A stretch of DNA of 64,000 bases, taken from assembly GCA_965208325.1 (NCBI GenBank), contig OZ242326.1, forward strand, positions 2,752,001 to 2,816,000, read 5' to 3'. Of this stretch, positions 19,742 through 30,272 are shown in pieces. Position 1 is the first letter of the stretch; each line of letters opens with the position of its first letter. Origin of the DNA: Candidatus Poribacteria bacterium (GTDB lineage: Bacteria; Poribacteria; WGA-4E; PCPOR2b). The translations under genes were made by a program, and so were the position numbers. Below the pieces are notes generated by a model. The model was not told where the DNA came from, did no database searches, and worked only from the letters and a program-made list of their open reading frames with translations.

Positions 19742-20929
19742 ATGAAAATTACCGAAATTCACACCTATGTTGTGGATGGCGGCTGGAGGCCTTGGATATT
19801 CGTCAAAGTACAGACAGACGGTGGCATAATCGGATATGGCGAGTGCAGCGACAGCAAGAACCCTTACGGCATTGTAGGAACAATCGAAGACATAAAGCCC
19901 ATCCTCATCGGTGAAGACCCTAGAGCCTACGAGATGCGGTTCTGGGACATGATCCGAAGCACACGCCAGAGTCCGGGCGGAATTGCTGCCAAGGCGATTG
20001 CCGGAATTGAATGTGCGTTGATTGACATTAAAGCGAAGGCGCTCGGCATCTCGGTCGTCGAACTGTTCGGCGGCCCTACCCGTGAAGCCGTGCGCCTCTA
20101 CTGGTCACATTGCGGCACGACTAGAGCAGTTCATGCTGAACTTTTAGGCACGCCCCCGCTCAGAAGTATGGACGACATTGCGGAGCTAGCTCATGAAGTG
20201 GTCAGCAGAGGATTCACCGCACTCAAAACGAACATTATCATGCCCGGCACTCCCGCGGAAGTATATTTCCCTGGTTTTGGAAGCGGCCCCGGTACGACCG
20301 ACCAAGTCATTACCAATCAGCTTTTGCGGCACATCGAGACTCTGATTGGGACGTTCAGGAATGCAGTCGGCTCCGACGCGGACATTAACCTCGATCTCAA
20401 CTTCAATTTTAAGCCCGAAGCGTGTATGCGCATCGCCAAGATGCTGGAACAGTTCGATCTGCTGTGGTTAGAAATCGACATGTACGATCCCGATGCGATT
20501 CTCCAGATAAAGGAATCCACTTCCACCAAGATTTGCACCGGCGAAAACCTGTATTACATGCGCGGCTATATGCCCTATTTTGAACGGCATGCTGCCGACA
20601 TATTTATGGTGGATGTCCCTTGGAACGGTTTTTCCCAGTCAAAGAATATAGGCGGCCTCGCCGAAGTCTTCCAACTCAATATCGCGCCTCACAACTATTA
20701 TAGCCACCTTGCGACCTTCATTAGCGCCAGCTTGTGTGCCGTTCTTCCCAATGTGCGGATAATGGAAATTGACATCGACGATGTCCCTTGGAAGGACGAT
20801 TTGGTAACGCATAAACCCGAAATCAACGCAGGCAACATGCAAATTCCCACTGGACCGGGCTGGGGAACAGAACTCAACGAAGAAGAACTCAACAAGCACC
20901 TATGGCGCAACAAGAGTGCAAAATGGTAG
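19742..20929 (+). CDS. Mandelate racemase / muconate lactonizing (enolase superfamily) dehydratase
   Basis: MKITEI, GYGE, ALIDIKAKALG, TGEN, APHN and PTGPGWG. Confidence 0.9.
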   Translation: MKITEIHTYVVDGGWRPWIFVKVQTDGGIIGYGECSDSKNPYGIVGTIEDIKPILIGEDPRAYEMRFWDMIRSTRQSPGGIAAKAIAGIECALIDIKAKALGISVVELFGGPTREAVRLYWSHCGTTRAVHAELLGTPPLRSMDDIAELAHEVVSRGFTALKTNIIMPGTPAEVYFPGFGSGPGTTDQVITNQLLRHIETLIGTFRNAVGSDADINLDLNFNFKPEACMRIAKMLEQFDLLWLEIDMYDPDAILQIKESTSTKICTGENLYYMRGYMPYFERHAADIFMVDVPWNGFSQSKNIGGLAEVFQLNIAPHNYYSHLATFISASLCAVLPNVRIMEIDIDDVPWKDDLVTHKPEINAGNMQIPTGPGWGTELNEEELNKHLWRNKSAKW

Positions 20930-20995
20930 ATGCACAATTACCGGGGACGATGGTGTTAGTTGATTCAGCGTGCGTAGACGTGTTGAGGTAGAGAC

Positions 20996-21778
20996 ATGCA
21001 GAAATTCCTGTGGGACGGTGACAAAGCGGCTGCAATCAGCCTCACGTTTGATGACGGAATGCAGTCGCATATCGACACAGCCGTACCGTTGTTGGAAAAA
21101 TATGGACTGCGGGGGACATTTTACATCACGGGTAGCGGCGAAGACTATGGACGCCAGGCGTTAATGCGTTTTCGTCCCACTTATGAAGCCGGGCACGAAA
21201 TCGGCAATCATTCGATACACCACTGGTGTTCCTCTGCAGGCGTCATGGCGCCGGACCACCGCGGACTTGAGTATCGGACACTCGGCGAGATGGAAGAGGA
21301 GTTGCTCGAAGCGGACAGAAGATTCAAAGCCGTTTTTCCGGAAGTGAGGCGATGGACCTTTTGCTACCCTTGCTACAATACATTCGTTGGGAAGGGACTT
21401 AATCGGAGAAGCTATGTCCCAATCGTGGCGAGCAACTTCTTCGCAGCACGGGCGGGCGGCGAAATAGGTAATTCTATCAATTCACCCTATCATACAGACT
21501 TGCACTGCTTGAATTCCTTTAAATGTGAGCAGCGCGGCGCTGCTGAACTCATTGGACTAGTTGAACAAACAGCAAATCAGGGAGGATGGAGCATCCTCAC
21601 CTTTCATGGAATTGGCGACGGTCATCTGCTCGTCGCACGGTCAGATTTTGAGGAGGTGTTAGCCCATCTTGATGGTGCTCGTAATCGCATCTGGACTGCG
21701 CCCTTAATACGTATCGCGGAATATCTCCACGACAATAAAGCAATGCCCGCGAATACTAGGGGCGAGTCATGCGATTAA
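20996..21778 (+). CDS. Polysaccharide deacetylase family protein
   Basis: SLTFDDG, GHEIGNHSIHH and LTFHG. Confidence 0.85.
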   Translation: MQKFLWDGDKAAAISLTFDDGMQSHIDTAVPLLEKYGLRGTFYITGSGEDYGRQALMRFRPTYEAGHEIGNHSIHHWCSSAGVMAPDHRGLEYRTLGEMEEELLEADRRFKAVFPEVRRWTFCYPCYNTFVGKGLNRRSYVPIVASNFFAARAGGEIGNSINSPYHTDLHCLNSFKCEQRGAAELIGLVEQTANQGGWSILTFHGIGDGHLLVARSDFEEVLAHLDGARNRIWTAPLIRIAEYLHDNKAMPANTRGESCD

Positions 21779-21795
21779 CATCATAAACCCAAATA

Positions 21796-22998
21796 ATGCA
21801 AAACCTGCCAAAGATTACGTTTACGTGGTTATCTTTATGCCTGCCGATTTATCTGCCAACCTTCCTGCTCTCCTTTGGGCAAGGCGCCCTCATTCCAACA
21901 CTGCCGCTCTATGCGAAATCCTTCAACGTCTCCTTCAGCCTAATCGGTCTCGCTGTCGCCATGCATGAAGTCGGTATATTAATCGCCGACGTGCCCGCCG
22001 GTATCTTGCTAGATCGGGTTGGACGCAAATTGTCAATGTTAATTGGTTCTGTCGTGTTGGGGCTATCCATGCTCGGTATTGGACTTGCTCACTCCTTCTA
22101 CGAGTTGGTGGTCTATCAACTAATCGGAGGCATGGGCGGTGCGCTATGGGCGGTTGCCCGGTACACATACATGACAGATGCTATCCCGCGTGCGGTGCGC
22201 GGCAGATCGCTGGCACTGTTTGGCGGTATAAACCGAATTGGAACTTTTTTGGGTCCCGCTGCCGGGGGTTATTTCGGCACACATTATGGGCTGCGGTCTC
22301 CCTTTTTTATGTTTTCCGCAATTATGGCAATGAATTTCCTTCTATCTATCTTCTTCATTGCCAGAAGAAAACTTCAACCCCCAACAGTTCATTATTCGTT
22401 ATACTGGAAACGGTTCGTCGCTGTGTTAAAGTCGAATTACCGTGCGTTGGCACCAGCGGGCACTGCACATGTCTGCGCACAAGCGCTTCGGACAGGCAGG
22501 GGGATTATTATACCGCTCTACGGTAGTGAAATCGTCGGGCTGGATGTTCAAGCAGTAGGGCTTATTCTGAGCATTTCATCATTTGTTGACCTGTCGATGT
22601 TTCCGCTGGCTGGATTCATCATGGATCGATTCGGCAGGCGCTACGCCGTTGTCCCCTGTTTCTTCATTTTTGGACTGGGGATGGCGATGGTGCCGTTTAC
22701 TGGGAGTTTCGCCTCACTCCTCGTTGCAACCATTGTTATGGGGTTTGGGAATGGGCTTGGTTCCGGCACCATGATGACGCTTGGCGCTGACTTGGCGCCG
22801 CAGGAAGGCACAGGCGAATTCCTCGGAGTATGGCGGTTGATTGGGGACATTGGCGGTGTTACAGGTCCTTTGGTCGTGGGAAATATAGCGCAGGTGTGGG
22901 GGCTGCCAATCTCAGCTTTCGTTTTGGCAGGAATCGGATTGACAGGAGTTGCAATCTTCCTTCGGCTCGTCCCGGAGACCTTGCGCCGAGACAAATAG
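21796..22998 (+). CDS. MFS transporter
   Basis: About 12 TM helices; GILLDRVGRK and GFIMDRFGRR motif A. Confidence 0.92.
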   Translation: MQNLPKITFTWLSLCLPIYLPTFLLSFGQGALIPTLPLYAKSFNVSFSLIGLAVAMHEVGILIADVPAGILLDRVGRKLSMLIGSVVLGLSMLGIGLAHSFYELVVYQLIGGMGGALWAVARYTYMTDAIPRAVRGRSLALFGGINRIGTFLGPAAGGYFGTHYGLRSPFFMFSAIMAMNFLLSIFFIARRKLQPPTVHYSLYWKRFVAVLKSNYRALAPAGTAHVCAQALRTGRGIIIPLYGSEIVGLDVQAVGLILSISSFVDLSMFPLAGFIMDRFGRRYAVVPCFFIFGLGMAMVPFTGSFASLLVATIVMGFGNGLGSGTMMTLGADLAPQEGTGEFLGVWRLIGDIGGVTGPLVVGNIAQVWGLPISAFVLAGIGLTGVAIFLRLVPETLRRDK

Positions 22999-23063
22999 AC
23001 ATCTCGCCGCAATAATTCCGAAACTCAAAGCCCCAGAGGAAAACTTTAATCTCAATAGGGCAA

Positions 23064-23238
23064 GTTGACATTTATTTGATGGCGTGCGTATTCGTAGGGG
23101 CGGGGTCCCCCCCCGCCCATTGACCAACCGCACGCAGCGAACGCTTAACCATTCAGATTTGATATCTTCCCTAGCTCTGTGCGAGCGTCCTCCCGCACGC
23201 GATAAGAACCGTTTATCAATGCGCGCCAACTCAACCTA
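23064..23238 (+). repeat. Composite dispersed element (MITE/BIME-like), copy 3
   Basis: Homologous to copies at 11961 and 17874. Confidence 0.8.
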
Positions 23239-23280
23239 AAGCCCCATCCGCACGGCAGGCATAAAGAATACAGCATTTTC

Positions 23281-24400
23281 GTAGGTTGGCTCAACTAGAC
23301 GAACATATCGTCGGGAATCGGAATTCACTCCTATCAGAACCCGCCCGCCGTAGGAGCGATCTCCGAATCGCGACCATTATTCAAAAACAAACTCCTGTAG
23401 GTTGGGTAGAGCGGATTCATTCAAAAACCGCCCATTATAACGAACCGCACCACCAGCCTAACTGCGTGCAAAATCCGATGAAAGTAGCGAAACCCAACTC
23501 TTTTAAAACCTCACCCATCCCAATTGATCACCAAACAAGAACGCCGCGGCTAATTCCCAACAACCCTCATGTTATTTCATTCCAATCGCATAATTCATTC
23601 CACCCGACAACCAACCACCCGCACACAGCAAAAACCTGCCGTTTAGCCCCAGCGGGGCGAAACGTATATAGTACACCACCACGCCCCGTAGGCGGGGCAT
23701 CTTGCACCGCTCCATGCTGGAGTAAGGTATTTGGTGGGATCAAGCGACTGAATAGGATCAACTGAGCGAATAGTTCTTGTAGGTTGGGTTGAGCGGATTT
23801 CACCAAATAACGTGCAATTTTGCATTGCGCTACGGAAGACTAACGGCGTACAAGATTCGATGCACGGAGCGTAACCCAACGCTTTTGTAACCTCCCGCAA
23901 CCGAATCAATCTCGATTATCAAAAATTATGCATTGACTCATCGGTGTGTGGGAGAGGCTTCCCAGCCTCGATTTTCAATCACTCCTTGTGTATATTTACC
24001 CAAATGACTAAAATAATCATAGCCCATCATTTAATCACAAAAATCACAGTTCAGACAGTTCCTGAAGCTCTTGTAGGTTGGGTTGAGCGGACTTCACCGA
24101 ATATCGTACATTTTTACATTGCGCTACGGACGCCTTACGACATCCATGATTCCATGCGCAGAGCGTAACCCAACGCTTTTCCTAATTACCTAACGCTTCC
24201 GATAAATCAAACGCGCCGATATATCCAAAAGCGTTGGATTCGCTACACCTTGACAACTTCCGCAAATATTCAAATACCGATATCCGTACGACATTTTTCG
24301 CGTCCTTCGTTTAAACCGCTTAACCCAACCTACAAACGTTACCTTAGGGTTGCCTTTACAAGGATTATGTAGGGGCAGGTCTTGTGCCTGCCCAAAACCT
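23281..24400. repeat. REP island: cluster of GTAG-initiated palindromic elements of several families
   Basis: GTAGGTTGGG..AACCCAAC long elements at 23397, 23779, 24073 and inverted at about 24227-24334; family A pair 23308-23375; TAGCCCCAGCGGGGC at 23644; GTAGGGGCAGG..CCTGCCC at 24369. Confidence 0.85.
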
Positions 24401-24512
24401 CTCGGAACAGAGATGGGTTCAATTTGTGAAATGTCACCAAAACCTGGCGCCAAAGGTCAATAAGGAAAGATGTCAAATGAGAGAATCGCGGGAGGGGAAA
24501 ACCGAAAATGAA

Positions 24513-24599
24513 TGCCGGGAAGGGGACTCGAACCCCTACGGGCAAAAACGCCCACTAGATCCTGAATCTAGCTTGTCTACCAAATTCCAACATCCCGGC
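24513..24599 (-). tRNA. tRNA-Leu (anticodon CAG), CCA not encoded
   Basis: GCCGGGA acceptor stem, anticodon arm CTAGA-TTCAGGA-TCTAG, long variable arm, GGTTCGAGTCC T-loop; TTGACA promoter upstream. Confidence 0.97.
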
Positions 24600-24660
24600 A
24601 TACGGGAGAAAAGCATATAGAGTTTACATTACAGATACTGGGCTTGTCAAGCCAATTTCA

Positions 24661-25695
24661 CTATTCGACAGCACGCACCCTATTACCTCCAGCTTGCTTC
24701 GCCGCATAGCATCTTTTATCGGCTTTTTCAATTAGTAGGTCTGGATTAGTTGCATCTTCCGGACAAGTGGCAACCCCGGCACTAATCGTCAGTTTATATT
24801 CCGGATGCCCTTCATTAAACGAATGCTCGCCAACCAAGCGCACACATCGTTCCGCAAACCGAATCGCCCGGTGTTTTTCTGTTTCAAGCAGCAGGACAAC
24901 GAACTCGTCGCCGCCATACCGTGCGGCGATGTCAGTGTCGCGAATGTTGCGATTGAGTACACTAGCAATCTCCCGAAGAATGTTGTCCCCTTTCAGATGC
25001 CCGTACCGATCATTATAAAGTTTAAAATTATCCGTATCAATCATGACCAATGAAATTGACTGCTTCAGCGGCCTTTCATGCATCAGGTTCTGAAGCTGCG
25101 ACTGAAAATAGCGATGGTTGTATAGATTCGTTACACCGTCGCGTGTCGCTAAGTCGAACAATTCTTGATTATCCGCACGAGCCTGCTTCATTTCGCTGGC
25201 AAGATTATCGTACAGTTGCAGTAGTCTAGTCAGATCGCTTTCACGGGATTGTTTCACCTCGCGAGCCAATCTTTCCCGTTCAACTGCCAATCGGCGTTTA
25301 ACGAGCGCACTTGCAATGTCTTGAATAACCTCCTCCCAAATTGGAGGTTTCACAATAAAATCGTAGGCGCCTAACCGCATTGCACGCTTAATTGTATTGA
25401 GCGTGCCGTGACTCGTAATGATAATGACCTCAACCGAGGAATCAACCTGCTTCGCAAACTCTAGAAGTTTCAGTCCGCCGCTCAACCTCTCGCCCCCACT
25501 GATATCCGGCAGCACCAGATCCGTCAACACAACGTCATACACATCTTCTTTGATGAGTTGCATCGCCTCCGTACCGGTGAGCGAACTTGTAACATCATGG
25601 CCCGCTTCATCCAAAAACATCGACAACACTTCGGAGACTGAAGTCTCTCCATCAACCACAAGAATTTTACCTGTGAGCGGTTCGCTCTCATTCAT
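24661..25695 (-). CDS. Response-regulator diguanylate cyclase (REC-coiled coil-GGDEF)
   Basis: REC (VLTDL, GAYDFIVKP), RDTD I-site and intact RYGGDEF. Confidence 0.93.
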   Translation of the reverse strand: MNESEPLTGKILVVDGETSVSEVLSMFLDEAGHDVTSSLTGTEAMQLIKEDVYDVVLTDLVLPDISGGERLSGGLKLLEFAKQVDSSVEVIIITSHGTLNTIKRAMRLGAYDFIVKPPIWEEVIQDIASALVKRRLAVERERLAREVKQSRESDLTRLLQLYDNLASEMKQARADNQELFDLATRDGVTNLYNHRYFQSQLQNLMHERPLKQSISLVMIDTDNFKLYNDRYGHLKGDNILREIASVLNRNIRDTDIAARYGGDEFVVLLLETEKHRAIRFAERCVRLVGEHSFNEGHPEYKLTISAGVATCPEDATNPDLLIEKADKRCYAAKQAGGNRVRAVE

Positions 25696-25812
25696 ACCGT
25701 CTCAATCCTAATTTTCGAACGTCTTTGATGAACACCGAAAAATAATCCAACTAGACGTAGCATTTCAATCTATGCTAGCTTAATCTGTTTCACCGGACGT
25801 AATTCTCTGACC

Positions 25813-27777
25813 TCAAGGGATTACTTGTGCATCAGTGCCCCTCCCTGTTTTCAATTGCGCCCAAGTAGCAATGCGTTTTCCGCGGGGGCTGACGGCATAC
25901 TCAAAGCCCGGTCTGACCCAATCCGCTTCAGTCGCATCGTCCAGCCATAACCTAATTGTTTCACTCGCAATGTCAATCAAATAGAGCCTGTTTTCCTGTG
26001 GCGTGTCTGCCCCTATTTGCCCGATTGAGAGCATGAGTTGCGATCCATCCGGCGCCCAAACTAATCGGCGAATACCCCAATCTGATTCTACAATGTCCGG
26101 CAAAATGAAATGACGGATTTCCGAACTATCAAGGTTCATTAAGATCATTACGGCTTCAGCATTGATTACCACTCGTCCTCTATTCTTTCGTGCTCCGAAA
26201 AGAATACTGTTTCCATTCGGCGACCACGCGAGCCCCCATACAGGCATAAATTCGTCTGTACTTAACGGGGTTGGTAATCCTCCGTCAACACGAATCTTTA
26301 TTAAGCCGACATCGCCTTCCCGCCACGGGTCGACAAAAACCAGATGTTGACTATCGGGCGACCAGGCAGGTTGGCTCGTCGATTGAAAGTCCAGTTCACT
26401 CACGTTGGAATGAAAAATCCGTGTTTCGTCGCGACTCTGCGGATCAATGAGATAAAACCCCCAACTCCGTCTATCGCCAGACCCGAACGCAATCCATTTG
26501 CCATCGGGCGACCAAGCCGGTGCGCCATCAATTGTACGATCGCGATGCGTAATTTGTCGGACATTTTGCCCATTTGTGTCCATGATGTAAATTCTAAGTG
26601 CGCCATCTCGATCTGACAGGAAGACGATTTTGTCCCCGTCTGGCGACCAATTAGGGGCAACGTTAATACCGGGCTCAAACGTCAGACGCTGTTGATTCTG
26701 ACCGTTCGCATCCATCACGAAAATCGCCGCATCTCTTACGTTCAGCCATCGGCCAAACGCAATCCGTTGCCCATCAGGTGCCCAGCTTGCAGTCACTTCT
26801 CTCTCCGGTGACTGCGTCAAATTAATCATGTTTTCGCCATCTGGATCCATGACATAGATGTCCGCCGATTGGGCATTTTGGTGGTGTGGAGACGAAATCC
26901 ACAATAAAATTTTGCGACCATCTGGGTGCCAAGCCGCTGGAAACCTGTTTTCAGCTCCGCCAGATGTTAAAGCAGTGACCGTTCCGTCATTCAGATTCAT
27001 GGAGTAGATTTGGAATGGATTCGGAGGTGGGTTAGTTACTACGAAGTCGACGTAAGCGATTTGGCTGCGGCTCGGTGACCAGGTGGGTACAGCAATCGGT
27101 GATAACCATTCGGGTAGAATTCCAAAGTTGTCTCGCGTGACCTCAACGACGTTATTCCCATTATCGTCCGTAATAAACAACGTAAGGGTGTACGGTTCTG
27201 AATCTTTTTGAGATTCTCGGAGGTGGAGGTATAAGATGTGCTGACTATCGGGCGACCAACTGGGATGGAAAATAGAAGTTGGCCGCTGCGGTTGAAGGAT
27301 ATGCCGTATATGGCGAGTCTTCATATCCATAACACACAAATCAGTTTTCTCAGGTCCACTGTCTAGTATCCGTAGGGCTTTGATAAACAGAATTTGCCGC
27401 CCGTCTGGTGACCAATCTAGATCGGTATATCTCGTATCCTCGGCATCATCTGTCAACTTCTCGGTTTTTCGCGTTGCAATGCGCAGTTTGAAGATGTTTG
27501 AAGTTCCGCCCGGTGGACTTGAGACGAAAACAATCTCCGTGCCATCCGGAGAAATTGAGGGCCAACTTGCAAACATATTATGCGTGAGTTGAATCGGTCT
27601 GCCGTTCAAACCTTCAACCAAGAAAACCTCCGGGGTAAAGTTGCGCTTGGAAACGAAAACAATCTTATCTTCTAAGCCCCACCCCTGCGCAGGAGTCAGA
27701 ATCAATAACACCTGCACAATTCGGGCGGTGAAGCGAAAGTAGCCGATAATTAATCTCACAAATTTCAGGCTTCTCAT
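25813..27777 (-). CDS. Secreted TolB-like/PD40 double beta-propeller protein with C-terminal VxPxGK..TWxxLK tail
   Basis: Many WSPDG repeats; C-terminus AVSPRGKRIATWAQLK; likely start MRSLK at 27777. Confidence 0.88.
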   Translation of the reverse strand: MRSLKFVRLIIGYFRFTARIVQVLLILTPAQGWGLEDKIVFVSKRNFTPEVFLVEGLNGRPIQLTHNMFASWPSISPDGTEIVFVSSPPGGTSNIFKLRIATRKTEKLTDDAEDTRYTDLDWSPDGRQILFIKALRILDSGPEKTDLCVMDMKTRHIRHILQPQRPTSIFHPSWSPDSQHILYLHLRESQKDSEPYTLTLFITDDNGNNVVEVTRDNFGILPEWLSPIAVPTWSPSRSQIAYVDFVVTNPPPNPFQIYSMNLNDGTVTALTSGGAENRFPAAWHPDGRKILLWISSPHHQNAQSADIYVMDPDGENMINLTQSPEREVTASWAPDGQRIAFGRWLNVRDAAIFVMDANGQNQQRLTFEPGINVAPNWSPDGDKIVFLSDRDGALRIYIMDTNGQNVRQITHRDRTIDGAPAWSPDGKWIAFGSGDRRSWGFYLIDPQSRDETRIFHSNVSELDFQSTSQPAWSPDSQHLVFVDPWREGDVGLIKIRVDGGLPTPLSTDEFMPVWGLAWSPNGNSILFGARKNRGRVVINAEAVMILMNLDSSEIRHFILPDIVESDWGIRRLVWAPDGSQLMLSIGQIGADTPQENRLYLIDIASETIRLWLDDATEADWVRPGFEYAVSPRGKRIATWAQLKTGRGTDAQVIP

Positions 27778-28018
27778 TGTTAAGCGTGGAAATGGAATTA
27801 ACTCAAGACTGCCACAGTAACGCATCAAAATGACTGTAGGAGCGAACTTCGAATCGCGAACCTTTAACCTCACCAATAACGCAGCTGATTCTCAATCTCA
27901 AAAATCCCATCGCATTTGTTGGGGGGAATTCGGGAAGGCGTAACATACATCGGATTACAACCTATGGCGGGCGTGTACGGTAAACCATCGCGAACAACAC
28001 GTCGTTCGCATGAGAAAA

Positions 28019-29866
28019 CTATGGCTCCAACCCAAGCTGCTGTGCAAGCTCTATCACACGCTGATTAATCGCCGTCTTATTGATTCGATTGCCAGCGACA
28101 AATCCCCGAAATTCTTCGGGTAATTCCGCGGGAATCATCGAACGGGAATTGGCTTCCCGCAGGGCGAGCAGTGCAGTAAACTCATTCATCTCGGGTGAAT
28201 ACTCCGGCACATAGTCGATCGCCGCTTCGATGAGGTCAGCCTCAGTTACAGCTTGTCGATTATTACGTTTTGCAATGTTGTAGCTTCGCTGCACGATAAC
28301 ATTAAGGTGGCTGCTGCAAAGTCCGTCCGTAAAACCGTCCCCGCCAATCTTTCCAAAATCGACATGTTGGACAGCAATCTCGGCATCGTTGAAAAAATGC
28401 TCCAAAATATCGGCGCGTTCCGCCGGCGCGGGCGGAAGAAAGACCAATCTGTGATCGAAAACCCCGTCTCTACGGAATATTGCGTCCATCAGATCGGGGC
28501 GGTTTGACGAACCAACCCAAATCACTTTCCCGTGTAGCGAAGGGTCATCAATGGCGTTCAACAACTCAACCGGCAACGTGCTGACGAGGTGAGACGGCTG
28601 CAAACTCGCCCGAAGCGCCCAAGCCCTATCCATGTCTATCAATACAACAACTGGCGCAACCGCCTGGATAAAGTTTATGGCAAGTTTCAAATTCCGCTCA
28701 TAAGCGTGTTCCTCGCCGCTCGGATAGGCAAATTCCGCGCCGATTTCGCGAATGTTTCTGAGCCTCACGCACGCCATATTTGCATGACCTGCCAGCATTC
28801 CGGCAGCCATGGCTCTGCCGGTACCGGGGGTTCCGAGAAAAAGCAGACCGCGGGGTACGCGCCGAAGGTCGCCTTCGTTCATGGCTGCGGAAACGTCTCG
28901 AATGACAGCAATCACGTGATCCATCCCGCGTATCCCTCCCAAATCAGCGGAAGTGTCGAGAACCTCGACAATGCCGTGGCTGAAAATCTCAACGCGATTT
29001 CGGCGGTAGCTCTCTGTCAATTCAGGCGTAATTGCCGTCTGCGCTTCTTCAGCACGCAGCGCAACGTCATGTATACCAAACAGGTTCAAACCCGACGTAT
29101 CGCGGGCGAACTGCTCCACGCTAAATTCAGGGGCTAGCGTTATCGGCTTCGTGATTTGGCTGTCGGTCGGCGGCGGCGAGGGGATTGGGATATTGATGAG
29201 ATACTTGATGAATTCCAACCGCTCATTGTAGTGGGGGAACGGGATTTCGATTGTCGGAATTTCAGATTGCTTCAGGAGCGCCGGATGGACTTCCGCAAGA
29301 TTCTGCGTCATGAACAGCACGATATTCTTTTTCATGCGTACGTCAAAATCACCTGCCCACCCATGAAACATATCCAGAAAGAGGGCGGACTCCTTATCCA
29401 GCGCCGTCAACTCAGCATTCGGAACAATCTTTTCAACATAGTTGATGACCAGCCCAACTTTAGCACGTCCCTCATGTGCGAGAGCGTCAAGGTTTTTCCT
29501 TACAACGTCACTCGGTGGATGTTTGCCAGTCAAAAATCCGTCTTCGTGCAGGTTCCAGTGATGGATCTTTGAGTTAATCGGCGACCGGGATTCATCTCCT
29601 TTTTTTTCTTCATGCGGAAGCAACCCCAACCACTTTTGGATAGCTTTCCACCGATTGATATCCGGCCATACGACCCCTTGCGAAGGCGCATAGCCGATGA
29701 CGAAATCGCAGCCAAGGACATTCAGTTGCTCCATAACATATGGAAACATCGGCAAATAACCGTACACTTCATCACGTACCAAATCTTCAACATTAAAATG
29801 GAGCAGAAATTGGTGAGAAACGCCGGCGTTGTATTCTGAAGCGATCCGATCCCATAGCTGAGACAT
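28019..29866 (-). CDS. AAA+ ATPase-like protein with degenerate catalytic motifs
   Basis: VPRGLLFLGTPGTGRA (Walker A K to R), VLIDMD (Walker B lacks E), SSNRPDLMDAIFRRDGVFD. Confidence 0.85.
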   Translation of the reverse strand: MSQLWDRIASEYNAGVSHQFLLHFNVEDLVRDEVYGYLPMFPYVMEQLNVLGCDFVIGYAPSQGVVWPDINRWKAIQKWLGLLPHEEKKGDESRSPINSKIHHWNLHEDGFLTGKHPPSDVVRKNLDALAHEGRAKVGLVINYVEKIVPNAELTALDKESALFLDMFHGWAGDFDVRMKKNIVLFMTQNLAEVHPALLKQSEIPTIEIPFPHYNERLEFIKYLINIPIPSPPPTDSQITKPITLAPEFSVEQFARDTSGLNLFGIHDVALRAEEAQTAITPELTESYRRNRVEIFSHGIVEVLDTSADLGGIRGMDHVIAVIRDVSAAMNEGDLRRVPRGLLFLGTPGTGRAMAAGMLAGHANMACVRLRNIREIGAEFAYPSGEEHAYERNLKLAINFIQAVAPVVVLIDMDRAWALRASLQPSHLVSTLPVELLNAIDDPSLHGKVIWVGSSNRPDLMDAIFRRDGVFDHRLVFLPPAPAERADILEHFFNDAEIAVQHVDFGKIGGDGFTDGLCSSHLNVIVQRSYNIAKRNNRQAVTEADLIEAAIDYVPEYSPEMNEFTALLALREANSRSMIPAELPEEFRGFVAGNRINKTAINQRVIELAQQLGLEP

Positions 29867-30075
29867 TGCTGTTCCCCTAAGTCTTTCCTGCGGCTGATTT
29901 TGCGCATTATCATAGCATGCAGCGTTACGTCGTGCAAGGGCATTCTATCCACACGCTATTGAGCACATTGTGCAATTTATAAATCCGGCGCGCAAAAACC
30001 GCTTAAATCCCGTTGTCAGTGTGATAGACGAATCACCCCCTACATTTCCAAATCAACCAATGTCGTTTAACCAGG

Positions 30076-30111
30076 AAATCCCTAAATCCTGGAAACCCTG
30101 ATTCAGACAAT
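30076..30111 (+). repeat. AATCCTG..ATTCAGACAA dispersed repeat family
   Basis: Copies at 30076, 30690, 37807, 37875 and degenerate at 24033 and about 47800. Confidence 0.75.
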
Positions 30112-30180
30112 GACCTCATAATGCCGCGGCGGACCGTAGCCGCCTAAGTATTTGCATGCTACAAAAAAACCCACCTCTTA

Positions 30181-30210
30181 TTGACATTATCCTTTTAGAT
30201 GGTATATAAT
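30181..30210 (+). promoter_or_regulatory. Near-consensus sigma-70 promoter
   Basis: TTGACA-18 nt-TATAAT upstream of 30273. Confidence 0.75.
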
Positions 30211-30272
30211 TGTCGAACTGTTGGCAGTATTCTATTGTTTGAGGGTAAATCCAATTAAAAGGAAAGTCTTGC

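Noticed and set aside
24369..24393. GGGGCAGGTCT match between a REP and the SECIS candidate
   Set aside because: Only 11 nt are shared. The SECIS candidate lacks GTAG and the REP's second arm and lies in coding frame, so it is unlikely to be a REP insertion; kept as a caveat
24400..24520. Prophage or integrative element at tRNA-Leu
   Set aside because: No integrase, no duplicated tRNA 3' end and no phage genes in the window
23286..24620. ORFs of 68-159 aa in the REP island and over the tRNA
   Set aside because: They translate repeat DNA (recurring VGWVER) or overlap tRNA-Leu, with no protein motifs or RBS
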